From the NCBI GenBank assembly GCA_034669905.1, contig JAXMOL010000003.1, forward strand, positions 96,001 through 160,000: a stretch of DNA of 64,000 nucleotides. The letters run 5' to 3'. The notes under the pieces are model-generated. The model had not been told where the DNA came from, did not search any database, and saw nothing but the letters and a program-made list of their open reading frames with translations. The translations under genes were made by a program, and so were the position numbers. Origin of the DNA: Candidatus Hydrogenedentota bacterium. Lineage in GTDB: Bacteria > Hydrogenedentota > Hydrogenedentia > Hydrogenedentales > JAEUWI01. The stretch's first letter is position 1; each line of letters starts with the position of its first letter. Below, piece by piece: positions 1 to 9,204 of the stretch.

Positions 1-602
1 TGCTGACCATTCTCTGCTACGCGGCCGGTGTTCCGGGCGGTATTTTTGCACCCATGCTGGTCATGGGCGCGAGCATGGGGATGTTGGCCGGGATTACCGT
101 CACGGGGTACTTCCCCAGCATAGCGCCCATCCCCGAATCTTTTGTGGCCATCGGGATGGCCGCTTTTTTCGCCGCCGTGGTGCGCGCGCCGATTACCGGC
201 ATCGTGCTCGTCCTGGAAATGACCGGTGATTTCCACCAGTTGCTGCCCTTGATTACGGGCTCTCTCTTTGCCCTCGTGGTGGCCGAGCGGTTGGGGACGC
301 CCCCCATCTACGACGCGTTGCTCCATGCCGATGCCAGTCGGGCAGAGCCCGACGTGCCCGCCCATCGTGAGCCGGTGCTCTTGGAATTTGTGGTGCAGGA
401 AGGCTCTGAAATGGATGGGCAGGCCATCAAAGAGATTCCCCTGCCCGCCCGCTGCCTCTTCGTTACGATCGCACGCCAGGGCAACGACATCCTGCCCAAC
501 GGCGACACCGTGCTTCAGAAGGGCGACCATGTCACGGCCGTCTTGAGTGGTGCGGGTGCCGGTGAAGCCGTCGTCATGTTGCTGCCCCTGAGTAAGGCCT
601 GA
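1..602 (+). CDS. ClC-family H+/Cl- antiporter with C-terminal TrkA-C (RCK_C) domain, 5'-truncated by window edge
   Basis: In-frame GVPGGIFAP (ClC GxFxP) upstream of the called Met; MAAFFAAVVRAPITGIVLVLEMTG and PIYDALL ClC motifs; C-terminal 'GSEMDGQAIKEIPLP...ILPNGDTVLQKGD' TrkA-C pattern. Confidence 0.9.
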   Translation, partial: LTILCYAAGVPGGIFAPMLVMGASMGMLAGITVTGYFPSIAPIPESFVAIGMAAFFAAVVRAPITGIVLVLEMTGDFHQLLPLITGSLFALVVAERLGTPPIYDALLHADASRAEPDVPAHREPVLLEFVVQEGSEMDGQAIKEIPLPARCLFVTIARQGNDILPNGDTVLQKGDHVTAVLSGAGAGEAVVMLLPLSKA

Positions 603-634
603 GCCGCCGCGCCCTAAAATGAAGGAGTGTCCTG

Positions 635-1060
635 ATGGATGCGATACGGGATGAAGACTATATCGATTTTGGCATGGCTTTTCAGTCCGTCATGGTGGAG
701 CATCTCAACGGTGTGCTGGCGGAAAAAGGCGTCGAAGATGAAGAGTCGCGCCGGGAAATCTGCGAGACCTTCTTGTCCGGGTTGGGGGACTTTTTCGACC
801 AGCACTGGCTGGAATGTGATGGCCGTCGGGTGCACCCCGTGCTGGCTTTTGCAGAGCACCACTTAGATGTAGAGACGCCCCTCGAAGAGCTGGGGCACGT
901 CATGTTTCCTTCCCCGCGCTTTGCCCACCGGGAGTATATCATCGGAACCCTCGCCGATTTTTACGAAGAACATCAAGAAACGACCCCGGGGGTCGCGACC
1001 GGCCCGGTGCACGAAGAGGAAGACGGGTACTACGACGACGGAGTGCCAGACGAGTGGTAG
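635..1060 (+). CDS. acidic hypothetical protein (141 aa)
   Basis: GAAGGAG RBS before ATG, coding-like codon usage, fills the gap between two + strand genes; no family recognised. Confidence 0.75.
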   Translation: MDAIRDEDYIDFGMAFQSVMVEHLNGVLAEKGVEDEESRREICETFLSGLGDFFDQHWLECDGRRVHPVLAFAEHHLDVETPLEELGHVMFPSPRFAHREYIIGTLADFYEEHQETTPGVATGPVHEEEDGYYDDGVPDEW

Positions 1061-1140
1061 GGCACCGGGGAATGGTGCCCCGGAATCGATAATTTTCGCG
1101 ACTTCTTGTATAGTGATTCGGTGTCAACGAGGAGAGCCCG

Positions 1141-2424
1141 ATGTTCAACAAGACTAGCCGCCGTCAGTTCTTGCGCGCGACCGCCGCAGCCAGCCTGTCC
1201 CCGTGGTATCTGCCCCGCACGGCCCAAGGTGCCACCGTGCCACCCAGCAAACAGATTACCCTGGGGTTTATTGGCACGGGTAACCACGGTATCGGCTGGA
1301 ATCTGAAATACTTCCTGCCTATTCCCGACGCGCGGGTCGTGGCCGTGTGCGATGTCTTCGCCGACCGCCGCGAAAAGGCCCGTGGGATTGTGAACACGCA
1401 CTACGGCAATGAAGACTGCACGGCCTATGCCGACTTCCGTGATGTGCTCGCCCGTGACGATATTGATGCGGTCGTGATTTCCACCCCGGACCACTGGCAC
1501 GTTTTGCTTTCCGTGTTGGCGGCGAAGGCGGGTAAGGATGTCTTCTGCGAAAAGCCCACCCTTACCATTGACGAGGGCAAGCGACTCATCGAAGTTATTC
1601 GGCAGACGGGCGTGATCTACCAGGGGGGTATTGAAGATCGGTCGGTGCAGGTCTATCACCGCATGGCCGAGCTGGTTCGAAATGGGGCCCTGGGGAAGCT
1701 GGATCACATCCGCGTGGCCCTGCCGCCGGGCGATGCCTTTCCCAAAGAAGCGCCCGTGCCCGTACCCGCAGGCCTCGATTATGAGATGTGGCTGGGGCCC
1801 GCCCCCTTTGCGCCCTATACGCCCACCCGACTGGAGCCCCAGGAGTGGCGCAATATCTTTGATTACTCTGGCGGTAAACTCACCGATTGGGGGGCGCACC
1901 TCATGGATACCGCCCAGGTGGCCCTCTTCGAGGAGCACGGTGGCCCCATTGCAGTGTCGGGCACGGGAGATTTTCCCGTGGACTGCATGGCGGACACGGC
2001 GACGAACTACGATATCGACTACGAATATGCCAGCGGCGTAACCATGAAGGTGAAGTCGGACGGTGCCGGGATTGGTTTTTATGGTGCCGATGGCTGGATC
2101 AAGAGCAACGGCTGGCGTGCGCCCATGGAGGCCAGCGATCCTGAGTTATTGGCGCTGGTCTACCCACCGGAAACGAATAAGATGTATCCCCGGCCCCTGG
2201 GTGAGCACCAGGCCTTTATCGAGGGGGTCAAGACGCGCAAAATGCCCTACTACAGCCCTGAGGACATTCATCGCCTGAGCACGGCCATGCACCTCGGAAA
2301 TATTTCCATGCGACTGGGGCGCAAGCTGCGCTGGGACCCCAAGAGCGAAGCGTTCCCCGATGATCCCGAGGCCAATGCCATGCGGGGCCGTCCCATGCGG
2401 GGGCCCTGGACCCTGGAGGGCTAA
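1141..2424 (+). CDS. Tat-exported Gfo/Idh/MocA family oxidoreductase
   Basis: SRRQFL twin-arginine motif; GFIGTG Rossmann motif; STPDHWH, CEKP, DWGAH motifs; AGGAG RBS. Confidence 0.93.
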   Translation: MFNKTSRRQFLRATAAASLSPWYLPRTAQGATVPPSKQITLGFIGTGNHGIGWNLKYFLPIPDARVVAVCDVFADRREKARGIVNTHYGNEDCTAYADFRDVLARDDIDAVVISTPDHWHVLLSVLAAKAGKDVFCEKPTLTIDEGKRLIEVIRQTGVIYQGGIEDRSVQVYHRMAELVRNGALGKLDHIRVALPPGDAFPKEAPVPVPAGLDYEMWLGPAPFAPYTPTRLEPQEWRNIFDYSGGKLTDWGAHLMDTAQVALFEEHGGPIAVSGTGDFPVDCMADTATNYDIDYEYASGVTMKVKSDGAGIGFYGADGWIKSNGWRAPMEASDPELLALVYPPETNKMYPRPLGEHQAFIEGVKTRKMPYYSPEDIHRLSTAMHLGNISMRLGRKLRWDPKSEAFPDDPEANAMRGRPMRGPWTLEG

Positions 2425-2429
2425 GGGAG

Positions 2430-3299
2430 GTGGGTGCACGGGCGAAATACTACCGGCATTCCGGGAAGTTTAAGCTGGGGGATGCGGTCTTCATGTTGGG
2501 GCTGGGGACTATCTTCTCCCTGTTGCTCGGTGGCTTGTACGGGTTGCTCGCATTTTATATGCCCTTCATCAAGTTGACCTTTGTGATTACCGGTCTGGCG
2601 GGCTTCGTCCTGGCCATGGGGCTCGGCATACTCGGGCACGTGCTGAAGATTCGAAATATGCTGGTCCTGGCTGTGATCGGTATCCTGTGTTGGTTTTTTG
2701 CCTGGTATGCCTCCTGGGCAACCTGGTCCATGGCCGCCACGGCCTATGCGGAATGGATGCTAAGTCCCGCTGCAATAATGGCTTATGCGCAAGAACTCGT
2801 GGAGGAGGGGGCATGGTCACTCTGGCGAGACGACCTCCCCGTGCGGGGCTATCTGCTCCTGGGCTTCTGGGCTGCCGAGTCGGCCATCCTACTGGGGTTG
2901 GTCTTGTACCTCGGCGTCGCCAATTTCAGCGATTTCATTTTTTGTGAGTCCTGTGATGCCTGGCTGGAGGAGGACATTACCTTTGCGCCTCGGGAGGCGA
3001 TCACCGATTCGGCGGCTCTGATCCAGGCAATGGAGGGGGGCGACTATAGTCGCCTGCTGGCACTGGCCCCCCGTCTGGGAGCGGCACCGGATTATACGGA
3101 GGTCGTAATTCGTTGCTGCACGCGCTGCGACCAGTCCTGCTACCTGACCCTGAACGATGTGACGGAAAAGTCCGGCAAACGGGAGGTAGAGCGCAAGGTC
3201 CGTCCCCTGGTGGAGCGCCTCTGGGTGTCCTCGGACCTGCGGTCGGCGCTACAGTCGCGCTGGCCGACCCAGGAGGGTGGCGACGGCGCCAGGGGCTGA
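2430..3299 (+). CDS. multi-pass membrane protein with C-terminal Cys-pair (Zn-ribbon-like) domain
   Basis: About 4-5 hydrophobic segments followed by FCESCD and CCTRCD; directly downstream of the oxidoreductase. Confidence 0.7.
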   Translation: MGARAKYYRHSGKFKLGDAVFMLGLGTIFSLLLGGLYGLLAFYMPFIKLTFVITGLAGFVLAMGLGILGHVLKIRNMLVLAVIGILCWFFAWYASWATWSMAATAYAEWMLSPAAIMAYAQELVEEGAWSLWRDDLPVRGYLLLGFWAAESAILLGLVLYLGVANFSDFIFCESCDAWLEEDITFAPREAITDSAALIQAMEGGDYSRLLALAPRLGAAPDYTEVVIRCCTRCDQSCYLTLNDVTEKSGKREVERKVRPLVERLWVSSDLRSALQSRWPTQEGGDGARG

Positions 3300-3362
3300 G
3301 CGGAAGGGGGCTTCATGCCCGCGCCCCGGGGATTGGGCCGGGGCAACGGGTTTCGTTCCGAC

Positions 3363-3392
3363 TTGCCTCTTGGGCCGGTCATTTGTTATGAT
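3363..3392 (+). promoter_or_regulatory. sigma70-type promoter of the rpsF operon
   Basis: TTGCCT-18 bp-TATGAT with extended -10 TG; AAAGGAGGTG SD before the rpsF TTG. Confidence 0.55.
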
Positions 3393-3463
3393 TGCCCGCT
3401 ATGCTAGCCCCGGACTGCCCGGGAAGCGTGTAATTTTTTTACCCCAAAAGGAGGTGAAGTGTC

Positions 3464-3889
3464 TTGAGAACTTACGAAGCGCTGTACATCTGCACTCCGG
3501 AATTGGAGGAAGGTGACATCCAGACGGTCTCCCAGGAGGTGGATAACCTCGTGACCAGCAATGGCGGGAGCATCGTGCGCTCGGAGATCTGGGGCAAGAG
3601 GAAACTGGCCTATATGGTCAAGAAGTACTCTGAGGGAACGTACATTTTGTTGCGTTTCCAGGCCCAGCCGGATTTCGTTGAAAAGCTTGAACAGTATTTC
3701 CGGCTTTCCGATCCCATTTTCCGTTTTATGGTTGTTCACTTTGATGACCACATGCTCCGGATCGAAGAGGAGCAGGCCCGTCGCAAGGAAGAAGATCTTC
3801 GTGCGAGTGCTGCTGCCGCGGCCCGTGGTGAAGATGATGACGATGATGATCGACCGCGTCGTGCGGCCAACCATCGTGATGACGATTAA
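3464..3889 (+). CDS. rpsF: 30S ribosomal protein S6 with acidic C-terminal extension
   Basis: MRTYEALYI...WGKRKLAYMVKK...GTYILLRF S6 signature; TTG start with strong SD; first gene of the rpsF-ssb-rpsR cluster. Confidence 0.97.
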   Translation: MRTYEALYICTPELEEGDIQTVSQEVDNLVTSNGGSIVRSEIWGKRKLAYMVKKYSEGTYILLRFQAQPDFVEKLEQYFRLSDPIFRFMVVHFDDHMLRIEEEQARRKEEDLRASAAAAARGEDDDDDDRPRRAANHRDDD

Positions 3890-3910
3890 ATAACGGAAAG
3901 GTGAGGACAA

Positions 3911-4432
3911 ATGGCCGATCTTCGGGTACCTGATCTGAACAAGGTTATTATCGCAGGACGACTTACACGTGATCCGGAGTTGAAATATATCAGCTCGGGC
4001 CGCGCGGTCTGTCGCGTCAGTATTGCCAATTCCCGGTTTTACAAGGGCAAAGACGGAGAGCGACGGGAAGATACGTCGTTCATTGATGTCACGCTCTGGG
4101 ACAAACAGGCGGAGTGGGTAGGCGAACGTCTTAAGAAGGGCCGGCCGGTATTGGTTGAAGGCCGTCTGAAGAGTGATTCCTGGGAAGACAAAGCCACGGG
4201 TCAGAAACGTTCGAAGATTGAGATTTCCGGCCAGCGGCTTACGCCGTTGGATTGGGATGACGATAACCGTGGTTCCGGCGGTGGCGGTGGTGGTAATTAT
4301 GGCGGTGGCGGCGGCGGAAACTACGGCGGTGGTGGTGGCGGTAACTATGGTGGCGGCCAGCCGGCTGCGCCAGAGCGTCCCGCGCCCCGACCGATCGAAG
4401 AGCCCATCCCGGAAGACGACATTCCGTTCTAG
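3911..4432 (+). CDS. ssb: single-stranded DNA-binding protein
   Basis: LNKVIIAGRLTRDPEL OB fold, Gly-rich linker, C-terminal EDDIPF. Confidence 0.98.
   Translation: MADLRVPDLNKVIIAGRLTRDPELKYISSGRAVCRVSIANSRFYKGKDGERREDTSFIDVTLWDKQAEWVGERLKKGRPVLVEGRLKSDSWEDKATGQKRSKIEISGQRLTPLDWDDDNRGSGGGGGGNYGGGGGGNYGGGGGGNYGGGQPAAPERPAPRPIEEPIPEDDIPF
4277..4348 (+). repeat. 3 x 24-nt coding tandem repeat (GGGGGGNY)3 in the SSB linker
   Basis: ggcggtggcggtggtggtaattat / ggcggtggcggcggcggaaactac / ggcggtggtggtggcggtaactat. Confidence 0.85.
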
Positions 4433-4459
4433 CCACAACCTGAAAAGGAAGCCAGTATA

Positions 4460-4741
4460 ATGGCAAAGATATCCGCCAAGGCGAAGGCGAAAGTCCGCGC
4501 AAAAAAGGCAAAGCGTAAGAAAAAGAAGAAGACACAAAGGCAGAAAGTCTGTCGTCTGACCGTGGATCGCGTCGTCTATATCGACTATAAAGACGTCGCC
4601 ATGCTGAAGCACTACATTACGGAACGGGGCAAAATTATTCCCCGCCGTATTACCGGTGCCAGTGCAAAGCACCAGCGTATGCTGACCCACGCTATCAAGC
4701 TGGCCCGTCAGATTGCGTTGCTGCCCTATTCCGCTGATTAA
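4460..4741 (+). CDS. rpsR: 30S ribosomal protein S18 with Lys-rich N-terminal extension
   Basis: [26 protein letters not shown]...[20 protein letters not shown]. Confidence 0.97.
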   Translation: MAKISAKAKAKVRAKKAKRKKKKKTQRQKVCRLTVDRVVYIDYKDVAMLKHYITERGKIIPRRITGASAKHQRMLTHAIKLARQIALLPYSAD

Positions 4742-4757
4742 GGAAGCCTTCGCTCCG

Positions 4758-5708
4758 GTGTCCGATTCCGATGCCACGCGGGTAGCGCCGCTCTGGTCCG
4801 TTGCTCTCTTAGTCCTGGGCTTGCTCTTGATGCTCGCGGGTGCTGTCCCTCTTGCCGCAGTGTGTTTTATCGTGCTTTCCGCACGGCACTGGCTGGCGGG
4901 GGAGCGGCGCAAAGCATGGGGGGTGAGCCTGCTGGCGGGCGTGACCGCAACGGTGATGATGTTTTCACCGGCGCAGGGCGTGTTTTACCTCGCGGCAAGC
5001 TCCATGGGCTGCCTCCTGGGTGTGCTGATGGAGCGAAACTGGTCTTTCGGACGTCGATTTGCGGCCTTGTCCAGTTTGGCATCGGGCCTGGTGGCGGTGG
5101 TTATGGCCGCCACCTGGCAGCAGTTGCGAAAAGATACCACGGTTTTCATGAATGCCCGGATCGCCGAGTTTGAGGCGCAGGGTGATGCCAGTGAACAGTG
5201 GTTGGAAATGTTTCGCTGGTATGACGTGAACTATGCCTACATCGGCTTTGGTTCCGTCGTAGCCTCCGTGTTGTTGCTGGTGGCCTTCATGCTTTGTGTA
5301 ATCGATCGCAGTCAGCGCAGTCTGTCGGCGAAACCGCGGCGAACAACCGGATTTCAACGGATGCGCCTGCCCGACTGGATGGTCTGGGTGGCGATTGCTG
5401 TGGCCTTGTTGTGGATGGCGGATCACCGCTGGCCCAACGAGTTGCTGCGGGTTATCAGTTGGAATGCGGCGATTATATTGACCTGCGTGTATTGGTTGAA
5501 TGGCCTGGCCATACTCCTCTATGCGCTGACGATTCTGAAGGCGACCACATTGGCGTCCTTTGTAATCCTATCGGGCATGATCCTCTTTGGACTCATGCAC
5601 TTATTGGGACTGGTCGGCTTGTTCGATACGTGGTGCAATTTCCGCATCCGCCTTCGGCGGGTTGCGATGCTGCGTAACGTGGCATACCGACCGGAAGATC
5701 CTGATTGA
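4758..5708 (+). CDS. DUF2232/YybS-family membrane protein
   Basis: Multi-TM protein between rpsR and rplI, the conserved YybS position; C-terminal GLVGLFDTWCNFR motif; start at GTG 4758 inferred. Confidence 0.8.
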   Translation: MSDSDATRVAPLWSVALLVLGLLLMLAGAVPLAAVCFIVLSARHWLAGERRKAWGVSLLAGVTATVMMFSPAQGVFYLAASSMGCLLGVLMERNWSFGRRFAALSSLASGLVAVVMAATWQQLRKDTTVFMNARIAEFEAQGDASEQWLEMFRWYDVNYAYIGFGSVVASVLLLVAFMLCVIDRSQRSLSAKPRRTTGFQRMRLPDWMVWVAIAVALLWMADHRWPNELLRVISWNAAIILTCVYWLNGLAILLYALTILKATTLASFVILSGMILFGLMHLLGLVGLFDTWCNFRIRLRRVAMLRNVAYRPEDPD

Positions 5709-5873
5709 TTGCCCATCGGGTGGCAGGCGCCGTGCCTGTCACCAGATTTATACAATACCCCAATTTGGACAGGGTGGTTGCCGTAGCGGCCCGCCTTGGC
5801 TGTACACAAGCAGGTGCATACCCGTCAACGGAGTCCATGACCTGCGTAAAGCCTAACGAAGGGAGTTAGCACC

Positions 5874-6419
5874 ATGAAAATCATCTTGTGTGATGATGTC
5901 GATAATCTGGGAGAAATGGGTGAAACGGTAACCGTCGCCGATGGTTACGCCCGTAATTTCCTCATTCCCCGCCGTCTTGCCGTACGCGCCGATTCCGCCA
6001 GTGCCAAGCAGATTGAGCACGAGCTGGCGATCATCAAGCGTCGCGAAGAGAAGCGTCGCGCCGAGCAGGCCAAAGTGGCCAAGAAGCTCGAGAAGCTTAC
6101 GGTCGAGATTCAGGTACGCGCCGGCGAAGGCGACAAGATCTTCGGTTCGGTTACGACCGGTCATATTGCCGAGAAGCTTGCCGAAATGGGCCACGAAATC
6201 AACCGGAAGTCCATTCAGTTGGCCGAGCCCATCAAGACGCTGGGAATTTTCAAGGTTACCGTGAAGTTCCCCGGCAGCATTGAAGCCCAGCTCAAGGTGT
6301 GGGTAACGGGTATCGAAGATCCCAACAAGAAGGCCGCTGAAGCGGAAGCCGCCGAAGCAGCGCCGGAATCGGAAGAAGCCCCTGCAGCGGAAGTTGCGGC
6401 TGAGGCTGCTGCCGAATAA
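5874..6419 (+). CDS. rplI: 50S ribosomal protein L9 with Ala/Glu-rich tail
   Basis: MKIILCDDVDNLGEMGETVTVADGYARNFLIP; KIFGSVT; EPIKTLG. Confidence 0.97.
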   Translation: MKIILCDDVDNLGEMGETVTVADGYARNFLIPRRLAVRADSASAKQIEHELAIIKRREEKRRAEQAKVAKKLEKLTVEIQVRAGEGDKIFGSVTTGHIAEKLAEMGHEINRKSIQLAEPIKTLGIFKVTVKFPGSIEAQLKVWVTGIEDPNKKAAEAEAAEAAPESEEAPAAEVAAEAAAE

Positions 6420-7865
6420 GTGGCCGTGCGCGAGCAAGCAAAGCCCGTATTTGATCGTACGCCGCCCCAACACGTGGAAGCGGAACGCTCGGTGCTGGGC
6501 TCCATGTTATTGAATCCAGATGCAGTAGGTACGGCGGTGGAAATCCTTCAGGATGACCCCGCCGATATCTTTTATGTGGATGCACATCAGCACATTTTCT
6601 CGGGCATCTTAAGTCTTGCCCGGGAAAATGTGCCGATTGATATGGTGACGTTGACCGAGGCGCTCACGCGCAACGGTGACCTGGAAAAATCCGGCGGCGT
6701 TTCCTATATCGCGGAATTGACGGATGCCGTGCCCACCTCGGCCAACGTCGAATACTACGCCAAGATTGTGCTGGAAGCGGCCCTCCGCCGTAAGCTCATT
6801 ACCATCTGCACCAATTGCGCGGGCGAAGCCTATAAGTCGGAAGGGGAGGTCGATGACCTCCTGGATCAGGCCGAATCGGCTATCTTCGGCATCGCCCAGC
6901 AGCGCCAGCTGAACCCCATCCACAAAGTGGCCGATTTGCTGCAGGATGGTATCAAGCGCATCGAAGAGCAGATGAAGAATGACGGGGGTATCACCGGCGT
7001 ACCCACGGGATTTCATAAACTCGACGAGATGCTCTCTGGCCTTCAGCCCTCTGATATGATCATCCTGGCGGCCCGGCCCTCGGTGGGTAAGACCGCCTTT
7101 TGTCTGAATGTCGCCGCCAACGCGGCCAATCTCCACCAGAAAGGCGTCTTGCTCTTCAGTCTTGAGATGGCCAAAGAGCAATTGGTCCAACGTCTGCTCT
7201 GTATGGTGGGCCAGGTAGACAGTGCCCGCCTCCGCTCAGGGTTCCTTGCGCGGGCGGAGTTTCCCAAGTTGCAGCAGGCGGCCGATACCCTGGCAAAAGC
7301 CCACATCTATATCGACGATACGCCCAATATCAGCGTGCTGGAATTGCGCTCCAAGGCGCGTAAACATGCCCAGCAGCACCCCCTGAACCTCTTGATTATC
7401 GATTACCTCCAGCTTATGTCGGGCTCATCACGCTCGGAAAGCCGGCAGGTCGAAATCTCGGAGATTTCCCGGGCTATCAAGGGGCTTGCCCGTGAATTGT
7501 CCTGCCCGGTCATCGCCCTTTCCCAGCTCAGCCGGGAAGCGGAAAAAGATGATGGCGGAACCCCCAAACTTTCCCACCTGCGTGAGTCCGGCGCCATCGA
7601 GCAGGACGCCGACGTGGTGATGATGCTTTCCCGACTGGGTGCGGGCGAGTCGGAAGGCCGGGAAAACGTTATTCGGCTGACCATTGCCAAACAGCGTAAC
7701 GGCCCCACCGGCCCGGTGGAACTGCTGTTCGAAAAGAATATCCAGCGCTTCAAGAATCTGGGTGACGATGGCGGCGCCGCACCCGGTGAGCCGCCCCAGT
7801 ATCAGCCCTTTGATGAAGATTACGCGGTAGAAGAGTACTACGAAGAAGACGATACACCATTCTAA
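6420..7865 (+). CDS. dnaB: replicative DNA helicase
   Basis: PPQHVEAERSVLG N-terminus; AARPSVGKT Walker A; IIDYLQL, LSQLSR, LRESGAIEQDAD, KQRNGPTG; no intein. Confidence 0.98.
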   Translation: MAVREQAKPVFDRTPPQHVEAERSVLGSMLLNPDAVGTAVEILQDDPADIFYVDAHQHIFSGILSLARENVPIDMVTLTEALTRNGDLEKSGGVSYIAELTDAVPTSANVEYYAKIVLEAALRRKLITICTNCAGEAYKSEGEVDDLLDQAESAIFGIAQQRQLNPIHKVADLLQDGIKRIEEQMKNDGGITGVPTGFHKLDEMLSGLQPSDMIILAARPSVGKTAFCLNVAANAANLHQKGVLLFSLEMAKEQLVQRLLCMVGQVDSARLRSGFLARAEFPKLQQAADTLAKAHIYIDDTPNISVLELRSKARKHAQQHPLNLLIIDYLQLMSGSSRSESRQVEISEISRAIKGLARELSCPVIALSQLSREAEKDDGGTPKLSHLRESGAIEQDADVVMMLSRLGAGESEGRENVIRLTIAKQRNGPTGPVELLFEKNIQRFKNLGDDGGAAPGEPPQYQPFDEDYAVEEYYEEDDTPF

Positions 7866-8023
7866 TGGTCTTCTGAATATGATATGATCACGCTTTCATG
7901 AATTCCGCTGGATGGCCGTAATGCGCATGGCCCCGGTGAGATAAGAGAAGCCCCTTAACGACACCGGTGCACCAGAGTTGTGCACGCCTTTTTGATACCC
8001 CCATTCGGGGTAGGAGTTACGAC

Positions 8024-8893
8024 ATGTTCCAGGGTTCGTTCCCCGCACTGATTACCCCGTTCGGAGATGATTTCGAGATCGACTTCGATGCCTACGGACG
8101 CCTCATCGATTTTCATCTGGAGAACGGTACCGACGGTATCGTCCCCTGCGGGTGCTCTGGCGAAGCCGCCACCCTTTCCCATGATGAGCAAAAGAAACTC
8201 ATCCGCTTTGCCGTCGAGCGGGTCGCGGGTAAAATCCCGGTCGTCGCCGGCACGGGCTCCAACAATACCAAAGAAGCCGTCGGCCTCACGCGCTATGCCA
8301 AGGAAGTGGGTTGTGACGGCGCGCTGCTGATTACCCCCTACTACAACAAGCCCACGCCGGCCGGACAGATCGCCCACTACACCACGGTGGCCGAAGAAAC
8401 CGGTATCCCCATCATGCTCTACAATGTGCCCGGCCGGACGGGCACCAAGATCAGTCCCGAAACCATTGCGGCCCTGAGCAAGGTGCCCAATATTGTCTCG
8501 GTCAAGGAAGCCTGTGGCAGTGTCGATCAGGTGTCCCAGATCCTGGGGCAATGCGACATCAACGTCATGTCGGGCGACGACAGCCTTACCCTGCCCATGA
8601 TGGTGGTGGGGGCCAAGGGCGTCGTGTCGGTGGCTGCGAATGTGATTCCCGGCATCATGTCGGAGTTGTGCGCCGCGGCCAACGCTGGCGACTACGACAA
8701 GGCCCGGGAGCTGCACTACAAGATTCTGCCGTTGACGAGCGCCTTGTTCTTTGAGACCAACCCCATGCCGGTCAAGGCGGCCCTCGCAAAGATGGGCATG
8801 ATTAAGAATACGCTTCGCCTGCCCCTCGTGCCCATGACCGAGGAATCGGCCAGTCGACTTGACCCGGTCCTGAAGGATCTGGGGCTTATCTAG
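8024..8893 (+). CDS. dapA: 4-hydroxy-tetrahydrodipicolinate synthase
   Basis: ALITPF, GCSGE (GTTGE variant), TPYYNKP, LYNVPGRTG, catalytic Lys in VKEA, SGDD, ETNPMPVK; AGGAG RBS before ATG 8024. Confidence 0.95.
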   Translation: MFQGSFPALITPFGDDFEIDFDAYGRLIDFHLENGTDGIVPCGCSGEAATLSHDEQKKLIRFAVERVAGKIPVVAGTGSNNTKEAVGLTRYAKEVGCDGALLITPYYNKPTPAGQIAHYTTVAEETGIPIMLYNVPGRTGTKISPETIAALSKVPNIVSVKEACGSVDQVSQILGQCDINVMSGDDSLTLPMMVVGAKGVVSVAANVIPGIMSELCAAANAGDYDKARELHYKILPLTSALFFETNPMPVKAALAKMGMIKNTLRLPLVPMTEESASRLDPVLKDLGLI

Positions 8894-8913
8894 ATATTTC
8901 ACATCGTTGTTTC

Positions 8914-8944
8914 AGGGCTATCGCTTCGGCGGTAGCCTTTTTTT
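8914..8944 (+). terminator. rho-independent terminator after dapA
   Basis: agggctatcgc-TTCG-gcggtagcctt stem-loop followed by a T run. Confidence 0.9.
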
Positions 8945-9007
8945 GTCCATGGGCAATAAATAGGTACCAACAAGAACTCCCTCCGCACACACGAACTAGA
9001 CCCAACA

Positions 9008-9171
9008 GTCGTGCCGCCCGATCCGGTATTCCCGGTTCGTGCGCGGGTCGGGAAATACCACCAGGTCACTAGATGGGGGGCTCGGTCCGTGCCAAAGGCA
9101 TTGCTCTATTTTCCCAATGACATCCCACAGCCCCTTCGCACGAACTGGAGTACCAGATCGCGCGGCACGGC
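9008..9171. repeat. long imperfect inverted repeat (about 35-bp arms), possible MITE-like element or structured RNA
   Basis: gtcgtgccgcccgatccggtattcccggttcgtgcg (9008-9043) pairs with cgcacgaactggagtaccagatcgcgcggcacggc (9137-9171); inner gggaaata/tattttccc pairing. Confidence 0.65.
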
Positions 9172-9204
9172 AGCACGCGAATTCTCCAAAACATGGACAC
9201 ACGA

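Noticed and set aside
3393..3463. S6:S18 autoregulatory leader
   Set aside because: Expected position and a small hairpin, but the anti-SD stem with CCG motif could not be identified convincingly
3404..4912. Long antisense ORFs (also 41083-42927, 44262-45638, 33556-34869, 39765-40919, 62520-63752)
   Set aside because: Shadows of well-supported genes on the opposite strand, expected from high-GC codon bias
7866..8023. Lysine riboswitch or attenuator before dapA
   Set aside because: Hairpins exist (gtgcac/gtgcac plus T run; tacccc/ggggta by the SD) but L-box motifs and a Lys-rich leader peptide are absent
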